In this document: piece by piece, positions 29,346-38,720 of the stretch
Numbering within the stretch: position 1 is the first letter of the stretch
Layout: every line of letters starts with the position of its first letter
Assembly (NCBI GenBank): GCA_020725805.1
Contig: DYEF01000023.1
Location: forward strand, 20,783-84,782
DNA from: Bdellovibrio sp.
Lineage (GTDB): Bacteria; Myxococcota; SpSt-1050
Length of the DNA: 64,000 bases
Reading direction: 5' to 3'
Program-made: the position numbers and the translations under genes
The notes under the pieces: generated by a model
What the model was told of the DNA's origin: nothing
Database searches by the model: none
The model's input: only the letters and a program-made list of their open reading frames with translations

Positions 29346-31361
29346 ATGAGATTCAGAATCGGTCCGGATGTAACGTTTATCTCACTTTTTATCCTTCTGC
29401 TGATTTGCATAATCATCCCGATGCCGGGGTGGCTTCTGGATTTCTTCATATCAATGAACATCTGTGCGACCATACTGATTCTGGTGATTTCTCTGAATAT
29501 CTCTTCGGCAGTCGAACTTCCGTCATTCCCTTCTATCCTCCTTGTCACGACACTCTTCAGACTCTCTCTAAATGTTGCATCCACACGCGCAATTCTCACC
29601 ACAGGTGAAGCCGGAAGGGTAATCGCTGCCTTTGGAAACTTTGTCATAGCAGGGAATTACTTTGCAGGGGCAGTCGTTTTTCTCATAATTACCATTATTC
29701 AGCTCATTGTTGTTACCAAAGGTGCCGAAAGAGTTGCCGAGGTATCGGCCCGGTTTACTCTCGATGCTATGCCGGGCAAACAGATGTCAATCGACGCCGA
29801 ACTGAGATCCGGACACATCACACAGGAGGAAGCGATCAGACGAAGGACAAACCTCTCCATAGAATCCCAGTTCTTCGGTTCAATGGACGGTGCGATGAAA
29901 TTCGTCAAGGGAGATGCTATTGCCGGAATTCTTATATCACTGATCAATGTTGCCGGAGGGATACTTACCGGAACAGTAATGAAAAATCTGAGCGTTGCAG
30001 ATGCGGTATCAAAATATACGATACTCAGTATAGGAGACGGTCTTGTATCGCAGATTCCTTCTCTTGTCATCTCAGTCTCCGCCGGAATAATCATTACCAG
30101 AATCTCCACCATAAAGAAGGCCGGACTCGGCAAAGAGATATTCATCAATCTTACACGCAAACCGCTGATGATTCTTATTGCATCTGTCATCGCCGTGCTT
30201 TTCTCTCTCCTTCCGCATATCCCGTTTCTCCCCTTCTTTTTGATCGGAGCCTCTCTGGCAGTTGCATACAGAAGACTCAACTCGGCATCACCCGACGAAA
30301 AGGCAAATCAGGAACCTGAGAATACCAGAAAAGCACAGGAAAGAGGAAATCCGGTTCCTGAGAATAACGAGACAAACAGCCTCTTTGCAGAACCGGTAAC
30401 ACTTGTAGTCTCAGAGGGTTTATGCTCCGACAGTTCTATCGGCTCCCCCGATTTCATCATCAGGAATATTCTTGCATCGGTCAGAAAGAGATTTCTTGAA
30501 AGACTCGGCTACAGAATGCCCGGAGTCCGTGTCGTAATTTCAGATTCATCAGAACCATCTTTCTCTCTTAACATTTACGGTACAGAGGTTGCAAACCTCA
30601 CATTCAGAAAAGATGCCGTATATACTATCCGGAAGAGATATTCAAAGGACGCAATAGCCGAGCTCGCAAGCGGGGAATATGTAAAGTATTACACAGAAGG
30701 CGATGGTCAGGGCAGCACAGAGAATCCGGGTCTTGCTCAGGTAATGCAGGAGATACTCTATTCGTACATTCTGAAAAATATCAGGGAGCTTTTCGGTATT
30801 CAGGAGACCTCCGAAATAATCGAAGAGTTCTCACAGAGATATCCGGCGCTGATAAGGGAGACGATTCCCAGGGCAGCAGGCATCAACACACTCTCGGAGA
30901 TACTGAAAAATCTCCTGTCAGAGGGAGTGTCAATCAAAAACATGAAAAACATCCTCGAGACCATTGAAAGATATGCCCCCTTCGAAAAGAATCCGATTCT
31001 CCTGACAGAATTCGTAAGGGTCTCGCTTGCCAGACAGATATGTCAGAATCTCTCCGCCGGTCAGCGGCTTCCGGTCTATGTCCTGTCTCAGGAAATCAAC
31101 AGGCTCATTCTGGATTCCATATCAGATATCGGCGGAGAACACGTACTCTCGATCAGTCCCGAAAACGCCCGCAGAATAATAGAGGCCGTGAAAAACACAA
31201 GGGAGAATTCAGAGGGACATCTGGTCATAATGACTGATTTCGAAGTACGGAGATTCGTAAGAAAGCTCATCGAGTACGAGATGCCCTTTGTTTCGGTTAT
31301 CTCATTTAAGGAGGTATCCTGTAATGTCAGAATCGAACCGGCCGGGGTTATAGGTCTTTGA
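29346..31361 (+). CDS. sctV: type III secretion export gate protein, SctV/FlhA (FHIPEP) family, SctV-type
   Basis: FPSILLVTTLFRLSLNVASTR, GAERVAEVSARFTLDAMPGKQMSIDAEL, ESQFFGSMDGAMKFVKGD, IGDGLVSQIP, RRFVRKLIE. The QMSID, ESQ and GAMKFVKG variants fit injectisome SctV better than FlhA. Confidence 0.85.
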   Translation: MRFRIGPDVTFISLFILLLICIIIPMPGWLLDFFISMNICATILILVISLNISSAVELPSFPSILLVTTLFRLSLNVASTRAILTTGEAGRVIAAFGNFVIAGNYFAGAVVFLIITIIQLIVVTKGAERVAEVSARFTLDAMPGKQMSIDAELRSGHITQEEAIRRRTNLSIESQFFGSMDGAMKFVKGDAIAGILISLINVAGGILTGTVMKNLSVADAVSKYTILSIGDGLVSQIPSLVISVSAGIIITRISTIKKAGLGKEIFINLTRKPLMILIASVIAVLFSLLPHIPFLPFFLIGASLAVAYRRLNSASPDEKANQEPENTRKAQERGNPVPENNETNSLFAEPVTLVVSEGLCSDSSIGSPDFIIRNILASVRKRFLERLGYRMPGVRVVISDSSEPSFSLNIYGTEVANLTFRKDAVYTIRKRYSKDAIAELASGEYVKYYTEGDGQGSTENPGLAQVMQEILYSYILKNIRELFGIQETSEIIEEFSQRYPALIRETIPRAAGINTLSEILKNLLSEGVSIKNMKNILETIERYAPFEKNPILLTEFVRVSLARQICQNLSAGQRLPVYVLSQEINRLILDSISDIGGEHVLSISPENARRIIEAVKNTRENSEGHLVIMTDFEVRRFVRKLIEYEMPFVSVISFKEVSCNVRIEPAGVIGL

Positions 31362-31437
31362 AACAGCGGCTAAACTTTTGCTTTACTTTGTCTGCCAAAA
31401 AATGTAAATGGCTTATTACCTGTCTACGGAGGAACAT

Positions 31438-32754
31438 ATGGTAGAACGTTATGACGTCAGGGAAGTAAGTTCGCTGTTTACAGAGACGGCAAGATTCAAC
31501 GAGTTTCTCGAGATTGAATTACTGGTATGCGAGGCATACGAACGTTCGGGGAAAATACCTTCCGGAACGACACTAAAGTTAAGGGAACTCATCGGCAGAC
31601 TGACCGATGAGGATGTAAAGAAGATAAACGAGATAGAAAAGACAACAAAACACGATATCATCGCATTTTTAACACTCATTGAACAGAAGGCGGGCGACCT
31701 CTCCAGATATATACACCTCGGGCTTACGAGCTATGACGTAGTGGATACGGCACTCTCCTCTCTTATGGTAAAGGCGCTCGGGATAATAATATCGGATCTC
31801 AGGAAACTGGCAGACGTTCTGATGCAAAAGGCGGATGAGTTTAAGTATACACCGATGATCGGACGGTCTCACGGGATACACGCCGAACCTATTACCTTCG
31901 GACATAAACTGATAAACTTCTACGATGAAACCATGCGCAATCTTGCCAGACTCGAAAGGGCCAGAGAAAACATTGCTGTAGGTAAAATATCCGGGGCAGT
32001 TGGAATCTACGGCAACGTCGACCCTGATGTGGAGAACTATGTGCTGAACAAACTAAACCTCAGACCTCTCTTTGCAACGACGCAGGTAATTCCGAGGGAT
32101 ATACACGCAGAGCTAATCCTGAGCCTTGCAATTAATGCTGCCTCGCTGGAGAAGTTTGCAACGGAGATAAGGCATCTTCAGAGGACGGAGCTCAGGGAAG
32201 TATTTGAATTCTTTACCAAAGGGCAGAAAGGCTCCTCCGCCATGCCGCACAAAAAGAATCCGATACTTTCGGAAAACGTCTGCGGCCTTGCACGAATTAT
32301 AAAATCATACACAGTTGCCGCTCTGGAAAATATCCCGCTCTGGCACGAAAGGGATATATCGCACTCGTCTGTCGAGAGGATTATGCTCTCGGATGTCTTT
32401 ACTCTCTCATCTTTTACCATACGAAGGACGACCCAGATATTCGAAAAGATGATAGTACTCCCCGAAAATATGCAAAAGAATCTCGACATTACAAAAGGCC
32501 TCTATTTCTCAGAATCACTCCTCCTAAAGATTGTCGAAAAAGGATATCTGAGACAAAAGGCCTATGAACTCGTTCAGAAACTGGCATTACATGCCTTCGA
32601 AAATGACCTCGACTTCAAATCCGTTGTAAAGGAGAGCGATGAGATAAAAGCCATTCTGTCCGAAAAGGAAATAGAGTCTGTCTTCAATTTTGACCATCAC
32701 TTCAGAAACATAAACTTCATTTTCGAAAGTGTAAAAAATAAATACAGGACCTGA
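31438..32754 (+). CDS. purB: adenylosuccinate lyase
   Basis: KHDIIAFL, HLGLTSYDVVDT, GRSHGIHAEP, GSSAMPHKKNP, LWHERDISHSSVER; start after GGAGG. Confidence 0.95.
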   Translation: MVERYDVREVSSLFTETARFNEFLEIELLVCEAYERSGKIPSGTTLKLRELIGRLTDEDVKKINEIEKTTKHDIIAFLTLIEQKAGDLSRYIHLGLTSYDVVDTALSSLMVKALGIIISDLRKLADVLMQKADEFKYTPMIGRSHGIHAEPITFGHKLINFYDETMRNLARLERARENIAVGKISGAVGIYGNVDPDVENYVLNKLNLRPLFATTQVIPRDIHAELILSLAINAASLEKFATEIRHLQRTELREVFEFFTKGQKGSSAMPHKKNPILSENVCGLARIIKSYTVAALENIPLWHERDISHSSVERIMLSDVFTLSSFTIRRTTQIFEKMIVLPENMQKNLDITKGLYFSESLLLKIVEKGYLRQKAYELVQKLALHAFENDLDFKSVVKESDEIKAILSEKEIESVFNFDHHFRNINFIFESVKNKYRT

Positions 32755-33121
32755 TTTTTTGCCTTTACATAAAAATTGTATACAAAAGGAATCTGTGCTC
32801 CGGGATATTCCCCCTTACAATGCTTATCAGTACCGGAAGCAGAGTCAGGCGATAAAATTCTAAACCGGTTTATCAGGCAGTCAGGTGCCGGTTACAAACC
32901 GGGTGAAGAGTATCTGCCTTAAAGAGTATCCGGCAGCCTCTATTGCCTTGATTTCACGCCGTTTTTTGCAATATCCGGAAGAGAGGTGCCGGGCAGAATT
33001 TGCCGGATTTACCCGGAAGATATCCGTTTGTAAATGACTAGATTTCCGGTCTGTTTTCTGTTGCCATTAATTTTATTTAATGTTAGTCATTTCGGGTTAC
33101 AGGGTATGGGTTGGTAAGATT

Positions 33122-33265
33122 ATGACACATCTGGCGAAAAGAGTTAGACGTTATATGGTCTTCATAGTCTTATCCGTCATTATCGCATCCTGCGGGATAA
33201 AGGCTCCGCCCAAACCCTCTGGTCAGGCACTTGCGGAGGTCATTATATGTTCAAAGGCTCGATAG
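33122..33265 (+). CDS. small lipoprotein (LptM/YifL-like CGxKxPP motif)
   Basis: Basic N-terminus, hydrophobic core, IIASC lipobox followed by GIKAPPKP; overlaps dapA start; start uncertain. Confidence 0.55.
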   Translation: MTHLAKRVRRYMVFIVLSVIIASCGIKAPPKPSGQALAEVIICSKAR

Positions 33266-34128
33266 TTGCTATTGTTACCCCGTTCAGAAACGGCAGAATT
33301 GACAAGACAGCCTTAAAGGAACTTGTCAAATGGCATATACGGCATAAAACGGATGCTATTGTGGTAAACGGAACTACCGGTGAAACCCCTACCCTTTCCC
33401 GGGAGGAGCAGAAGGAGAATATTTATACCGTACTCGAGGCCACCGATTCGAGAATTCCGGTCATTGCAGGTATCGGTTCGAACAGTACCGAACATACTAT
33501 CGACAACGCAAAGACGGCTATATCCTGCGGCGTCGACGGTCTGCTCGTTGTAACACCCTACTACAACAAACCCACACAGGAAGGAATGTACCAGCATTTC
33601 AGAAAGATATCCGAACTCTCGCCTGTCCCGATAATCCTCTACAACGTACCGGGCAGAACGGGAGTCTCACTGAAGACTGAGACAGTAATGAGGCTTGCCC
33701 TTCTCAAAAATATCGTCGGGATAAAAGAGGCGGGCGGTGACTTCAAAATGGTTATGGAACTTGCATCGAATCTTAAGAATTTCGATATACTCTGCGGAGA
33801 CGATGCCCTCAATCTGCCTATGGCATCGGTAGGTTCAAACGGGGCAATAAGTGTAACCGCAAATGTCGTACCGAATCTTATGTCGAGGATGTACAAACTC
33901 ATAGAAAAAGGAGATTTCAGAGAGGCAAAGAAGATTCATCTCGGGCTGAGGCACCTGAATTCGGTTCTCTTCATCGAGTCAAATCCGATTCCGGTCAAGG
34001 CTGTTTTATCGCTTATGAAGAAGATAAAAAACGAACTAAGACTTCCGCTCACTCCAATATCTGCGGAAAACATGAAGAAGATAAAGGCTGTCATCGACAG
34101 ATACTACCCCGAAATCTATAAATTATAA
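33247..34128 (+). CDS. dapA: 4-hydroxy-tetrahydrodipicolinate synthase
   Basis: AIVTPF, GTTGE, VTPYYNKP, LYNVPGRT, GIKEA, ESNPIPVK. Confidence 0.96.
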   Translation: MFKGSIVAIVTPFRNGRIDKTALKELVKWHIRHKTDAIVVNGTTGETPTLSREEQKENIYTVLEATDSRIPVIAGIGSNSTEHTIDNAKTAISCGVDGLLVVTPYYNKPTQEGMYQHFRKISELSPVPIILYNVPGRTGVSLKTETVMRLALLKNIVGIKEAGGDFKMVMELASNLKNFDILCGDDALNLPMASVGSNGAISVTANVVPNLMSRMYKLIEKGDFREAKKIHLGLRHLNSVLFIESNPIPVKAVLSLMKKIKNELRLPLTPISAENMKKIKAVIDRYYPEIYKL

Positions 34129-34143
34129 CTAAAGGAGCGTATT

Positions 34144-34953
34144 ATGATAAAAATCGTCGTAATCGGTGCAATGGGAAGAATGGGAAGACTTATTATTCAG
34201 ACAATTACAGAAGACCCTGACACAGAACTCTGCGGTGCGGTAGAGGTCTTCGGGCACAAGGATATCGGAAAGGATATCGGGAATCTCTGCGGTCTTGGTA
34301 CCCTCGGAATGCCCCTCTCCGATGACCTCGAGAAGGTAATTACCGGGTCTGACTGCATCATCGACTTCTCCACACCAAAATCTACTCTCGAAAACCTGCC
34401 GGTTGCGGCAGAAAACGGCACCCCGGTAGTAATAGGCACGACCGGACTGACGGGCCGCAAAGAGATGAAACAGATAAGGCTCTACAGCAAGAAAATTCCT
34501 GTCCTCTTCTCTCCCAATATGAGTATCGGTATGAATATACTTTTTAAGGTCGTCAGGGATGTTGCAAAATTTACAAAGGGCAGATTTGACATCGACATCC
34601 TCGATATTCACCACCGCACAAAGAAGGACGTCCCGAGCGGCACTGCCCTGAAACTTGCAGAGAACGTAGCTGTTGCAAGAGGACTCGATGCAAAGAAGAA
34701 TATTCACTTTATGAGACACGAAACCAACTTTACAAGAGACCCGAACGAGATAAAGATAATGGCCTCCAGAATCGGAGACATTGTAGGGGAGCATACTGTC
34801 TTCTTTGGCGGGAAAGGCGAGAGTATCGAGATAACACACAGGGCATCGAACAGACAGAACTTTGCCGAGGGCGCTATTCTGGCAGCAAAATGGCTTGTCA
34901 ACCAGAAGAAGGGCCTTTACAGCATGTCAGACGTTCTGGGACTGAATGATTGA
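34144..34953 (+). CDS. dapB: 4-hydroxy-tetrahydrodipicolinate reductase
   Basis: GAMGRMG, IDFS, GTTG, SPNMSIG, HHRTKKDVPSGTA, VGEHTV, THRA. Confidence 0.96.
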   Translation: MIKIVVIGAMGRMGRLIIQTITEDPDTELCGAVEVFGHKDIGKDIGNLCGLGTLGMPLSDDLEKVITGSDCIIDFSTPKSTLENLPVAAENGTPVVIGTTGLTGRKEMKQIRLYSKKIPVLFSPNMSIGMNILFKVVRDVAKFTKGRFDIDILDIHHRTKKDVPSGTALKLAENVAVARGLDAKKNIHFMRHETNFTRDPNEIKIMASRIGDIVGEHTVFFGGKGESIEITHRASNRQNFAEGAILAAKWLVNQKKGLYSMSDVLGLND

Positions 34954-35804
34954 CTGAGCAAAGAACATTTCTTCCGCTTGTAATAATAACCGGTATCGTC
35001 TCTATTTCATTCGCCGGGCCTGTTACGAGTATGGTAGCAATGCCCGCCGTTGCAATTGCGCTCTTCAGACTCTCTATATCCTTTATAATCCTTCTCCCCT
35101 TCTTTATCAGAGAAATTACGAATAGTCAGTTTCCGGAGATAAAACTGATAAAACTCTCACTATTGGCCTCCGTATTTCTGGCACTACATTTTATATTCTG
35201 GATCAGTTCGCTAAAATACACAAGTGTTACGAGTTCGGTCGTGCTCGTAACGACCAACCCCCTCTTTGTCGGAATCCTTTCTGCCCTTTTATTAAGGGAA
35301 AGACCCGGGAAAAAACTGATAATAGCCATTTCAATAGTTCTTCTCGGAGGTATAATCATATCGTCGGGTGAAGAGATCGACAGCATTAAAATAAAAGGAA
35401 ATCTGCTCGCACTGGCAGGTGCCGTAATGGCCTCACTTTATATAATAACAACAAGGAAAGCGAGGCAGAACTACTCACTCGTTACATATACCACAGTGCT
35501 CTATCTCTTTACCTCGGGCATACTTCTCATAGCAGCACTGATATCGGATACGAAACTCTTTTACTACCCTGCAAAGAACTACCTGCTCATATTATTTCTC
35601 GCGATAGTCCCGCAGCTTCTGGGGCACAACTCCTTTAACTGGGCGCTAAAATATCTCTCCCCTACAGTCGTAGCAATTCTGATACTTTTCGAACCTATAG
35701 GCGCAACAATAATATCCCATTTTATCTTCGGATATATCCCGTCTACGGGAGAAATAATAGGTTCAGCACTGATTCTGACAGGAATACTCGTATCACTAAT
35801 TTAA
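34950..35804 (+). CDS. EamA/DMT family transporter
   Basis: About 10 TM helices in two EamA repeats; LALHFIFWISSLKYTSV, QLLGHNSFNWALKY, EPIGA. Confidence 0.88.
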   Translation: MTEQRTFLPLVIITGIVSISFAGPVTSMVAMPAVAIALFRLSISFIILLPFFIREITNSQFPEIKLIKLSLLASVFLALHFIFWISSLKYTSVTSSVVLVTTNPLFVGILSALLLRERPGKKLIIAISIVLLGGIIISSGEEIDSIKIKGNLLALAGAVMASLYIITTRKARQNYSLVTYTTVLYLFTSGILLIAALISDTKLFYYPAKNYLLILFLAIVPQLLGHNSFNWALKYLSPTVVAILILFEPIGATIISHFIFGYIPSTGEIIGSALILTGILVSLI

Positions 35805-35994
35805 TCTGAAAAACTATTACCAGTCAGGAAAGATATGGCTAAAGGCCGGTACTAAAGGCCGGTGCCAGATACCTTTTTAATCCATTGAAACGATTGAAAA
35901 ACATCTGCTCCCGGTATTTTGTCCAAACATTGAACACAGATGCATAACCGGTCGGAATCCGGCGAATCATTAATAGTTTTTGCGATATTAGTTT

Positions 35995-36027
35995 AAAATA
36001 AAAAAGGCGAGGAATTTTCCTCGCCTT
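35995..36027 (-). terminator. rho-independent terminator of the Cys-rich lipoprotein gene
   Basis: Stem AAGGCGAGGA/TCCTCGCCTT (36004-36027) with 4-nt loop, followed on the minus strand by a T-run, 24 nt after the stop at 36051. Confidence 0.85.
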
Positions 36028-36050
36028 ATGTCGGAATTTAGATTCCGTTA

Positions 36051-38375
36051 TTATTCTGTTGCACAGCTGTTGCTGTCGGGTACACAGAGATTTACCCCGT
36101 TTACATCCTTACAGGTGAATTTTTCGGGGCAGGCTCCCGGGACTTTCGGGTCACAGGAAGCGAGGCAGAACATATCTGCTCCGCTGTCAGGTACCTTTAC
36201 ACATCTGTTGGGCGGATTCGGATTGTTATAATCCGGATTGCCGCTGTTGCAATATGCATCCTCAAAGCAGGGTACGCACAAAAGTTCGGTCATAGGAATG
36301 CATATACCCTGATACAGGGCACCAAGTCCGAGCCAGGATTCATAGCAGGCATAACCTGCCGGACAATCGGCGTTGGTCTTGCAGATGCTGGAGCATTTCC
36401 CGTTGTTGAGACAGAGGTCATTGGCGCAGGGCTTATCAATGCAGGCCTCGTGACAGACCTCGTCTGTCGAACAGGCAACGCAATCACCATTGAAGCCCGC
36501 TCCTCCCTCTGTCGGGGCAGAACAGAATGAATAGACCTTATTTGCCTTCGTATCAAATCCGTACATCTTGCAGACTTCGCCGTTGGAGCAGTCCTTGTCT
36601 CCGTTGCACTCCTTGCCGGAACCGGAGAAAGGAATACAGAGGTTTGTCTGATTTACAGTGTCATAACCCTCTGAAAGCGGCTGAGGCATACATTTCCAGG
36701 TATAATTACCGGCCTTACCATAATCGCAGTCTGCACCGATATTGTCACAGGCGCCGGAGCAGTATCCTACTCTCAGACAGAGATTTGTCGAACAGGAGAA
36801 AGATGCCTGGCACTGCTGCCCGGGTTTGCTGGCCCCTGAATATTCCTTTGCACAGATCGAAACGGTATTGTCATCATATGTTTCGGGTCTGGAATAGTCG
36901 TCATTGTCCTCGTTGCCAAAGATAAGTTTGCAGATTTCTCCCGAGACCTTGCAGTCTGACGGCTTTTCACACTTGGTCGGCTTATCTCCCTGATAAACGG
37001 TCGGCATACAGATGCCCATATAAACCACCGTACAGCCCGCCTGGTCGAGGCTCATTCCCACATCACGGCATACTCCCTTAAAGCCGTCGCCGTAATTGCA
37101 GGTGCAGTCCTGGTCAGTGCAGTTGACATTTGCCACACACTTGTTGTTGAGACACTTGAGACTGCAGCACTCACCGTCCACGGTACAGGTCTGGTCGACC
37201 TTCTTGCAGTTGGGATGACAGAATGAGGCACACTTTCCTTCGAGGCAGAAGAGAGAGCAGCAATCGTCGTCTTCGGTACAGTCCTCGCCTGCCTTCTTCC
37301 CGCCTTTTGAGAGCTCACAGGTCTCGCCGCACTTGGTATTCAGTCCAAGGATGGACTGACCGGTTTTGTCAAGAGTAAAGCCCATCTGGCATTTCTGATT
37401 ATCTGAGCAGGTATTATCACCGTAGCAGTCGGGTCTGAAACGGTTCGGGAAGCAGGATGAACAATACTTCTTCTCGACAACCACTTTGGTTTTGGTATCA
37501 TAGGTCTTGAAGAGATTACAACTCATATCTCCCACACAGTCATCATCTTTTTCACACTCCTTATCGTCCTTTACATAACAGCTCTGGCAGATATTACCTC
37601 CGTGGGCGTTCGAGGAGGCACAGTATTTTTCCTGTGAGTATATACAGTCCCTGTTGTCATTGCAATAATTTACGCATCTGTCTGTCTTCACACACATAGC
37701 CGTTCCGTACTGTGCCGAACTCAGACACTCGTAGCAATTCATCCTGTAACCGCCAACAATGTTGAAGAACTCGGCACAATCAGCAGACTTTTCACACTTC
37801 TTCGAACAGACCGAACCTGACTTGTAAACACCGTTATCATCTCTCTCTCCGACACAATAAGTCTCCCCGGCCTTGCAGGCTACGTTCCCAAGTTTGTCAC
37901 AGGGCTCTCCCGCGCCTCTGTTGAGTGGAGTACAGGCTCCTTCCGTATACATACAAACCTTCTTGGTAGAATCGAGTGAATCATATGTACAGCAGTAATT
38001 CTTCTCTCCGGCAAAGCCTGCACAGTCCGCATCTGTTTCACAGCTCTTTGAACAATAACTGTTCTTTATCTTAGCCGTAATACCGTAGCATAATCCCGAC
38101 GCACAGTTGTCATCGGATGAGCAGAGTTCACCGTTATTTTTAAGCGGCTTCTTACAGGTCTTGCTTGTAGGGTTACATTCCAGCCCCTCACAGCAGTCCT
38201 CTGTCTTTTCACACTTCTGGTTGAGGGCTGAACATTGCGGTCCGGTATCGCCGGTACCGGTAGTGTCCGTTGGTGCAGCATCCTTACTCCCGCCGTTCCC
38301 ATCATCCGAGGAACATGCATTCAGCAATGCTACCGAAAGAATAATTCCTAAAATCACCAAAAACTTCTTCATCAA
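36051..38375 (-). CDS. Cys-rich repeat lipoprotein
   Basis: Lipobox LLNAC, Asp/Thr/Gly linker, ~97 Cys by hand count in CxxxxxC and C-C-CC-C-C modules. Confidence 0.88.
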   Translation of the reverse strand: MMKKFLVILGIILSVALLNACSSDDGNGGSKDAAPTDTTGTGDTGPQCSALNQKCEKTEDCCEGLECNPTSKTCKKPLKNNGELCSSDDNCASGLCYGITAKIKNSYCSKSCETDADCAGFAGEKNYCCTYDSLDSTKKVCMYTEGACTPLNRGAGEPCDKLGNVACKAGETYCVGERDDNGVYKSGSVCSKKCEKSADCAEFFNIVGGYRMNCYECLSSAQYGTAMCVKTDRCVNYCNDNRDCIYSQEKYCASSNAHGGNICQSCYVKDDKECEKDDDCVGDMSCNLFKTYDTKTKVVVEKKYCSSCFPNRFRPDCYGDNTCSDNQKCQMGFTLDKTGQSILGLNTKCGETCELSKGGKKAGEDCTEDDDCCSLFCLEGKCASFCHPNCKKVDQTCTVDGECCSLKCLNNKCVANVNCTDQDCTCNYGDGFKGVCRDVGMSLDQAGCTVVYMGICMPTVYQGDKPTKCEKPSDCKVSGEICKLIFGNEDNDDYSRPETYDDNTVSICAKEYSGASKPGQQCQASFSCSTNLCLRVGYCSGACDNIGADCDYGKAGNYTWKCMPQPLSEGYDTVNQTNLCIPFSGSGKECNGDKDCSNGEVCKMYGFDTKANKVYSFCSAPTEGGAGFNGDCVACSTDEVCHEACIDKPCANDLCLNNGKCSSICKTNADCPAGYACYESWLGLGALYQGICIPMTELLCVPCFEDAYCNSGNPDYNNPNPPNRCVKVPDSGADMFCLASCDPKVPGACPEKFTCKDVNGVNLCVPDSNSCATE

Positions 38376-38645
38376 AAACCTCCTAAAAATGGTTTATTTA
38401 CGCCAAAAACAGCCCGCCTAATACAATATATAATAACCGTATTGTCAAATATAAAAGCAGCAAAATCCTGATTTTTCTGAAATTCTTGTCATATCATAAT
38501 TCATCCGGAATCCACCTGTAGCAAAGTCAACACTATCTATAATAATGTTACATCATAATCTTTATCTTTATTCAAACACCTGTCCGACTCAGATAACATA
38601 CATCTGTACAGATTATCAGGGTAAATATTTTGACCACTATACTTG

Positions 38646-38674
38646 TTGACTTAAATTTACATTTTTACTAATAT
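38646..38674 (+). promoter_or_regulatory. putative sigma70 promoter TTGACT-N17-TAATAT
   Basis: Near-consensus hexamers with 17-nt spacer about 45 nt upstream of ATG 38721. Confidence 0.5.
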
Positions 38675-38720
38675 CCTCCCGTTTTGAAAGATTAACCTTT
38701 TTTCAGGAAAGGAACAGAAT

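Noticed and set aside
32760-33120. Lysine riboswitch upstream of dapA
   Set aside because: AGAGGTGC occurs near 32982, but the other conserved elements and pairing could not be found by eye; an Rfam search would settle it.
34129-34839. Long antisense ORFs (e.g. 236 aa opposite dapB; also 15372-16121, 20835-21503, 44053-44718)
   Set aside because: They are shadows of well-supported genes on the opposite strand, with no motifs or RBS.
38526-38553. dif site (TAATGTTACAT resembles the XerD arm)
   Set aside because: The XerC arm does not match; likely chance in AT-rich DNA.
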